Assembly: GCA_944381075.1 (NCBI GenBank)
Contig: CALWJT010000004.1
Coordinates: forward strand, 16,262 to 80,261
Reading direction: 5' to 3'
DNA: 64,000 bases
From: an uncultured Clostridia bacterium
Lineage (GTDB): Bacteria > Bacillota > Clostridia > Oscillospirales > CAG-272
The translations under genes were made by a program, and so were the position numbers. Below are positions 59,368 to 64,000 of this stretch, in pieces; the first letter of the stretch is position 1; the number at the start of each line of letters is the position of its first letter. The notes beneath the pieces are model-generated. The model was not told where the DNA came from and did not search any database. It worked only from the letters and a program-made list of their open reading frames with translations.

Positions 59368-60075
59368 TTACCGCTTCGGGCTGCCGCCGGAAAGAAACGC
59401 CAGGGCGCGCGGAAGCGCATCCTTTGCGTTGTACCACGGCTCCGCGTCATACCGGTAGTCAAATTTTTTGCAGAACCAGGATACGTCGCCGCCAAGCTCG
59501 GAAATATATGCCTTTTCGATCTCTCTTGCGGTCTTGAAATAATCTGCGAACTGTTTTTTGGAAAGCCCGTTTCTCCCCGCTTCGAGGAGCGCTGCATAGT
59601 GCGGCAGGCAGAAATATTTCTGCGCGGCAAATTTTGCCCGGAAATCCTCTTCGGTTTCCCAAAGATATACCGTATTGGCGAACATTTTGCCAAGCGCCGC
59701 TTCGACTCTGCCGCAGATATAGCAGGAATGCTCCAGCGAATCGAGCTTCGCCTGCTCCTTTTCGCCCTTGCCGTCGAAAGCGGTCCCTCCCGAAAAAATA
59801 TTTTTTCCGATTTCTGCAAGATGGCTTTCCAGGATAAGTCCCAGCCCAAGACGGTTCCCTCGCTCGAACATTTGATCGAAATGATGCTTGCAGAAGCCCT
59901 TTTTGTTGGTTTCGATGCGGATATCCGGCTCCATCATGGAGGCGCCGAGGATGATGTCGAGCTCATTTTTCTCAAGCATGCTGTGCAGAAGGCAGAACGG
60001 ACAGTCTGCCGGCTCATGCACGGGCGCGCCGTCAAAGGCTTCGTTTATCGGGATGGTATAGATTTTTTCCACCAT
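59368..60075 (-). CDS. Cys/His-motif protein (DUF6062-like by recall)
   Basis: ATG at 60075 follows AAAGGAG by 9 nt. Four spaced motifs: CPFC, CKHH, CYIC and CLPH. Confidence 0.6.
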   Translation of the reverse strand: MVEKIYTIPINEAFDGAPVHEPADCPFCLLHSMLEKNELDIILGASMMEPDIRIETNKKGFCKHHFDQMFERGNRLGLGLILESHLAEIGKNIFSGGTAFDGKGEKEQAKLDSLEHSCYICGRVEAALGKMFANTVYLWETEEDFRAKFAAQKYFCLPHYAALLEAGRNGLSKKQFADYFKTAREIEKAYISELGGDVSWFCKKFDYRYDAEPWYNAKDALPRALAFLSGGSPKR

Positions 60076-60097
60076 GGCGGAGGGCTCCTTTCCGGAT

Positions 60098-60850
60098 TTA
60101 TGGAAGCTCGATTGTGGCGATGTAAGGCTTATGGTCGGAGGCGTGCGGCGCCGGTATCGCAACGGAATGGACCCTGACCTCGCGACTGACGAAGATGTAG
60201 TCGATCTTCTGCATCCGCTCGCCGGGCTTCATGATGTCGCGGTAGGACGGCCATGTGAAATCCGCCTGGTTCGGATAAACATCGTACGTGTCGCGCAGCA
60301 GCGCACGAATGGGCTGCAGCAGCGGAGCGTCCGGCTCCAGATTGAAATCTCCCATCAGAATCACGGGATGCGAGGCGTCCTGGATCAGCGCCTCAAGCGT
60401 CCGGATGCCACTTTCCTTTTCGGCCTTGGCAAGGCCGAGATGCGTCACGAACACGTCGGCGGGCTTTCCGCCGAAGTCCACGACGGCGTGCAGGATGACG
60501 CGCGATTCGTAGTATGCCGGCTCTGAGCGGTCCGTGGGGTCGGGGATCGGGAAAATCTCCGTTTCCAGGATAGGATGGCGGGAGAGAAATCCGTTCCCGT
60601 AGGTGCCGGGCACCCATGTGACCGCGGGCGCAAAGCGGCTTTCGTAGCCGAGAGAATTTCCGATATGTTCGGCGAGCTTGACTCTGCCGCTGCGGGGAAG
60701 CCTGTAGTCGACCTCGTTGAGCCCGCAGATGTCGGGCGCTTCCTCTCTGATAACGGATATGCAGGCGTCCGGATGGACCGGAGGCTTGACGCCGGGGTCG
60801 GAGTAATCCCTGCCGCCGGCGATGTTATAGGTCATGATTTTCAGCTTCAT
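60098..60850 (-). CDS. Endonuclease/exonuclease/phosphatase (EEP) family hydrolase
   Basis: 250 aa. MTYNIAGG, GLNEVD, MGDFN and SDHKP motifs. Confidence 0.8.
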   Translation of the reverse strand: MKLKIMTYNIAGGRDYSDPGVKPPVHPDACISVIREEAPDICGLNEVDYRLPRSGRVKLAEHIGNSLGYESRFAPAVTWVPGTYGNGFLSRHPILETEIFPIPDPTDRSEPAYYESRVILHAVVDFGGKPADVFVTHLGLAKAEKESGIRTLEALIQDASHPVILMGDFNLEPDAPLLQPIRALLRDTYDVYPNQADFTWPSYRDIMKPGERMQKIDYIFVSREVRVHSVAIPAPHASDHKPYIATIELP

Positions 60851-60868
60851 AGGAACGCCTCACCGCTT

Positions 60869-61510
60869 TTACGCCGTAAAATACGAAAGCGCGACCTCTG
60901 CGGCGGAGGCGGCGTCCGAGGTGTAGGCGTCCGCGCCGATCTCCTTGCAGTAGGCGTCTGTGATGGGCGCGCCGCCGATCATGATCTTCACCTTGTCGCG
61001 GATCCCCTTTTCCACACAGAGCTCCACGACGTTTTTCATCTCGCCCATCGTGGTGGTGAGCAGCGCCGAGCAGGCGATGACGCCGGCGCCGTTTTCCATG
61101 GCGGAGGAAACGAACGTTTCCGGCGCGACGTCCACGCCAAGGTCGATGACCTCGAGTCCCTTGCCCTCCATCATCATTTTGACGAGATTTTTTCCGATAT
61201 CATGGAAATCGCCTTTTACGGTGCCGAGTACGACCTTGCCGACGGGTTTGACGTCCGCAGAGACGAGGTACGGCTTGAGGATCTCCGTTCCGGCCTTCAT
61301 GGCGCGTGCGGCGATGAGGACCTCCGGCACAAAAACCTCGTTGTTCTTGAATTTGACGCCGACGATGCTCATGCCGGCAAGCAGCCCGTCGTTTAGGATG
61401 TCCTTGGCAGGCACGCCTGCTTCCAGCGCCTGCGGTACGAGGACCTTGATGTCCTTGGTTTTGCCCTGCTGGAGCTTTTCCGAAATTTCCTGTAAAATCG
61501 CTTGTGACAT
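60869..61510 (-). CDS. Corrinoid (B12-binding domain) protein, MtbC/MtmC-like
   Basis: ATG at 61510 after AGGAGA. B12-binding DxHxxG motif (GDFHDIGKN) and GGAP motif. Confidence 0.85.
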   Translation of the reverse strand: MSQAILQEISEKLQQGKTKDIKVLVPQALEAGVPAKDILNDGLLAGMSIVGVKFKNNEVFVPEVLIAARAMKAGTEILKPYLVSADVKPVGKVVLGTVKGDFHDIGKNLVKMMMEGKGLEVIDLGVDVAPETFVSSAMENGAGVIACSALLTTTMGEMKNVVELCVEKGIRDKVKIMIGGAPITDAYCKEIGADAYTSDAASAAEVALSYFTA

Positions 61511-61553
61511 AATGGTTTTCTCCTGTGAAAATATGGATTTTTTATAAGTGGTT

Positions 61554-62852
61554 TTAAGAGGAAGACACGGCGGGCGGCTCCGCTGCATCCGTATGCAGCC
61601 CGCCACTTGTTTCACGGTATTTTTTCGGGGTCATGCCGGTCTGCTTTTTGAACACCTTGTTGAAATAGCTTTGGTCGACGAACCCGACAAGCTCGGAGAC
61701 CTCTACGATCGAAAGATCATTGGAAAGCAGCAGGATTTTGCTTTTTTCAATCCTGACCTCGCTCAAATAGCCGTTGAAGCTCGTCTGCATCTCTTCCTTG
61801 AAAATTTTGCTGAGATACGAGGGAGAAAGAAAAACGTGGGCGGCGACGTCGGCGAGCGTGATTTTGTGCATATAATTGTTCCGAATGAAGGAAACTACCT
61901 GTGTGATAATGCCGGCATGCTTTGCTTTTTCCAGCCCGAAGGTCTCCGACGAAAATTTTTTGAGGATCCGCATCAGGCAGTAGCAGATATCGTCGATGGT
62001 GTCGAGTGCAAAAAAATCGGAGATGAACTGCGGACTGAGCTGATAGATGCTGCCCTCGTCCGCGCCGCCGTCAAGCGCCGCGCGGGATATGATGACCGTG
62101 AGCTCGAAGGCGCGCAGCTTGATCGCGTCTATATTGTTTGCGGAAGCGAAAAAGATATGCCCGAGAATTTCGTTGAGATAGCGGTTCGCCTCCTTTTCGT
62201 CGCCGGTTTTGATGGCGTGGACCAGAAGCTTTTCCTTGTCGTAGGGATACGGCGAATACTTGTCCATCCCGAGGATGATGCGGCTTTTGATGCTCTGCAC
62301 ATAATCTCCGATCTGCTGCTGAAGGTGCATCTTTTCTTCGCTTTCGCGGATATCGCTGCGGTTTTCGCTTTGAGAGAGCGCGAGCACCTCAAGCATATCG
62401 GAAACAGCGCTCACCTTTTGGGACGAGAAAGAGCCGATCCCTGCCTGATATGCGGAAAACGCCTCGCAGTCGACTCTCGAAAGGTCCATTTCGGGAGCAG
62501 GCTCTCCGGAGAGAGGCTCTTCGTTTTCCGAGAGATTTAAGGGGCCTGCGAGGAAATATCCGCTGTCCTGCTCGGTATGGAATTTCGCGATGCAGAAAAC
62601 GAAGCCGGCAGGGCAGAAATAAATATATTTCCCGCCGAATTTTTCCGCGCCGTATGCCGCGCGCCGGTGGGACCAGAGGCAGCCTTCATCGCCTGAGGCG
62701 GATTCGAGCCCTTCCTTGGCGGGACAGGAAAACCGGCAGCAGGCGCCTTCGGCGCGGCGGATGCCGAGGCTCTCGTCCGTTACCATACAGCCGCAGCCTG
62801 CCAGCGCAGAAAAGGAACGAAGCTGCCGTTCTAATTTTTCATCTTGCTGCAT
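61554..62852 (-). CDS. AraC-family regulator with PocR-like sensory domain
   Basis: ATG at 62852 (MQQDEKLE) follows GGAAGGGGA by 7 nt. Cys-rich N-terminal sensor region and C-terminal AraC double HTH (LSPSYLSKIFK..., VGFVDQSYFNKVFKK). Confidence 0.78.
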   Translation of the reverse strand: MQQDEKLERQLRSFSALAGCGCMVTDESLGIRRAEGACCRFSCPAKEGLESASGDEGCLWSHRRAAYGAEKFGGKYIYFCPAGFVFCIAKFHTEQDSGYFLAGPLNLSENEEPLSGEPAPEMDLSRVDCEAFSAYQAGIGSFSSQKVSAVSDMLEVLALSQSENRSDIRESEEKMHLQQQIGDYVQSIKSRIILGMDKYSPYPYDKEKLLVHAIKTGDEKEANRYLNEILGHIFFASANNIDAIKLRAFELTVIISRAALDGGADEGSIYQLSPQFISDFFALDTIDDICYCLMRILKKFSSETFGLEKAKHAGIITQVVSFIRNNYMHKITLADVAAHVFLSPSYLSKIFKEEMQTSFNGYLSEVRIEKSKILLLSNDLSIVEVSELVGFVDQSYFNKVFKKQTGMTPKKYRETSGGLHTDAAEPPAVSSS

Positions 62853-62928
62853 GACGCCGTCCCCTTCCGCTTTATTATACACGACTCATTTCGTGATTTA
62901 TTGTAAAAAGCCGCGATTTTTGGTAATT

Positions 62929-63300
62929 TTAGATTTTGTTTTTTTCTTCTATCGAAATGATTTTTACCGGTACGCCTTCTCGAATGCAGGCCGCTACCGT
63001 ATAGGCGGTCCCATGAGAGACCCCGTCCCAAAACGCCAGCACATACTGCGCGTACGCAATGATCTCATCGTTGCGGACAATCGGTGCGCGTCTGCCGTAC
63101 TTCGCGTAATCGGGCTTGAAAATTTTAGTGGGCAGATGATTCTGCCTTGCATAGATCTCCGCGAGCGTATCGATCCCGACGGCGCCGCCGCTCACGATCT
63201 CCGTGGCGTTTGCCGGAATAAAACGGCAAAGCAGCTCATAGGCTTTGTCCTTTAACCTATCATATTCAATACTTCTGGAACCGACGATGGCGACGCGCAT
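62929..63300 (-). CDS. DUF2493 / SLOG-superfamily protein
   Basis: ATG at 63300 (MRVAIVGSR) follows AAAGGAG by 5 nt. Motifs IVSGGAVGIDTLAE, RNDEII and AFWDGVSHGT. Confidence 0.72.
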   Translation of the reverse strand: MRVAIVGSRSIEYDRLKDKAYELLCRFIPANATEIVSGGAVGIDTLAEIYARQNHLPTKIFKPDYAKYGRRAPIVRNDEIIAYAQYVLAFWDGVSHGTAYTVAACIREGVPVKIISIEEKNKI

Positions 63301-63581
63301 GGCTGCTCCTTTTCTGTCGAAAACGGTTGTTTTGACGAAAATTTTCGATGACAATGATTTTTTTAGATTCAATGGAACATCTTTCATTATAACAAAGGAC
63401 TCATGCTTTTTCAATAGAAAAACAAAATATCTGGTTAGATGCAAAAAATTTGTTACACATAAAAAAGCGCAGAATAAGCAAATTAAAAACAGCACGGATA
63501 AATGCCGTGCGGAAAATCCGCGGCTCGGCGGCACCGCGGGTTTTTATAAAATATAGAGGAAGTCGCCGAAAGGCGAAAAAT

Positions 63582-64000
63582 ATGAAAAATAAAGTGAAAG
63601 CGATTTTTAGCGCGGTTCTTGCCGCCATCATGGCGGCGGGACTTTCTTTAGGCACTTTGGCGGCGGACGAAGCGGACGAAGAGGACATTGCCGTGCCGAC
63701 AGCAAAGGAGATTGCCGAGAGGAAGCTGATTGCAGCGGGTGTTCCTTTTGGGGTGAAATTTCATACAGACGGCGTTGTCATTGTAGGGATTTGCGGCAAC
63801 TGCGGTCCTGCGGCGGATGCGGGCTTGAGAAAAGGAGACGTGATCACGGCGGTGGACGGCGTCCGTGTCGGGTCCGTCGGCGAATTCGCCGAGAAGATTC
63901 AAAATTCAAATGGTGCGCAGGTTACGCTGGAATATCGCAGCGGAGGACTCGCGCATACGGCGACGATACAGCCGATTCAGGATGAAAACGGCGCATACAA
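63582..64000 (+). CDS. spoIVB: SpoIVB peptidase (S55), 5' part; runs off the window
   Basis: This open frame is absent from the ORF track because it has no stop in the window. Signal peptide MKNKVKAIFSAVLAAIMAAG, then a PDZ region GVPFGVKFHTDGVVIVG...AGLRKGDVITAVDGVRV colinear with B. subtilis SpoIVB. Confidence 0.78.
   Translation, partial: MKNKVKAIFSAVLAAIMAAGLSLGTLAADEADEEDIAVPTAKEIAERKLIAAGVPFGVKFHTDGVVIVGICGNCGPAADAGLRKGDVITAVDGVRVGSVGEFAEKIQNSNGAQVTLEYRSGGLAHTATIQPIQDENGAY

Noticed and set aside
58069-60177. 702-aa plus-strand ORF spanning pfkA and the DUF6062-like gene
   Set aside because: It is antisense to two well-supported CDS and crosses their intergenic spacer and a terminator. 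There are no motifs and no RBS.

Overview
This is a moderately GC-rich chromosomal window that looks like a spore-forming Firmicutes (Clostridia-like) genome; the taxon is inferred from gene content only. It spans the replication origin.

Layout:
- Left of ~10.2 kb, all nine CDS are on the minus strand: a PrsA-like lipoprotein, a Cys-rich zinc-ribbon protein, efp, a Xaa-Pro peptidase, an SbcD-like nuclease, a GH78 rhamnosidase, ahcY, a GNAT and ymdB.
- To the right, dnaA-dnaN-recF-remB-gyrB-gyrA runs on the plus strand and continues directly into recA-recX.
- Next come rny, a T-box-controlled pheST, a 1983-aa SLH-domain gene (candidate S-layer protein) with a duplicated promoter module, a G1P-dehydrogenase-like gene, and a TetR-controlled pair of membrane-anchored hydrolases.
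- From 43.3 kb there is a long minus-strand block syntenic with the B. subtilis yloC...cpgA region: yicC-remA-gmk-rpoZ-priA-def-fmt-rsmB-rlmN-PP2C-STK-rsgA.
- The window ends with a nagZ-like gene, ybaK, pfkA, a PocR/AraC-corrinoid-EEP-DUF6062 cluster, a DUF2493 gene and the 5' end of spoIVB.

I saw no rRNA, tRNA, CRISPR array or intact IS.

The most interesting observation is a family of diverged, co-oriented non-coding elements. They fill four unusually long intergenic gaps at 22.1, 39.6, 42.7 and 57.7 kb. The two longest copies (~450 nt) are colinear over their whole length and rich in GC hairpins.

All protein family names are from recall of motifs and synteny. No database search was run.
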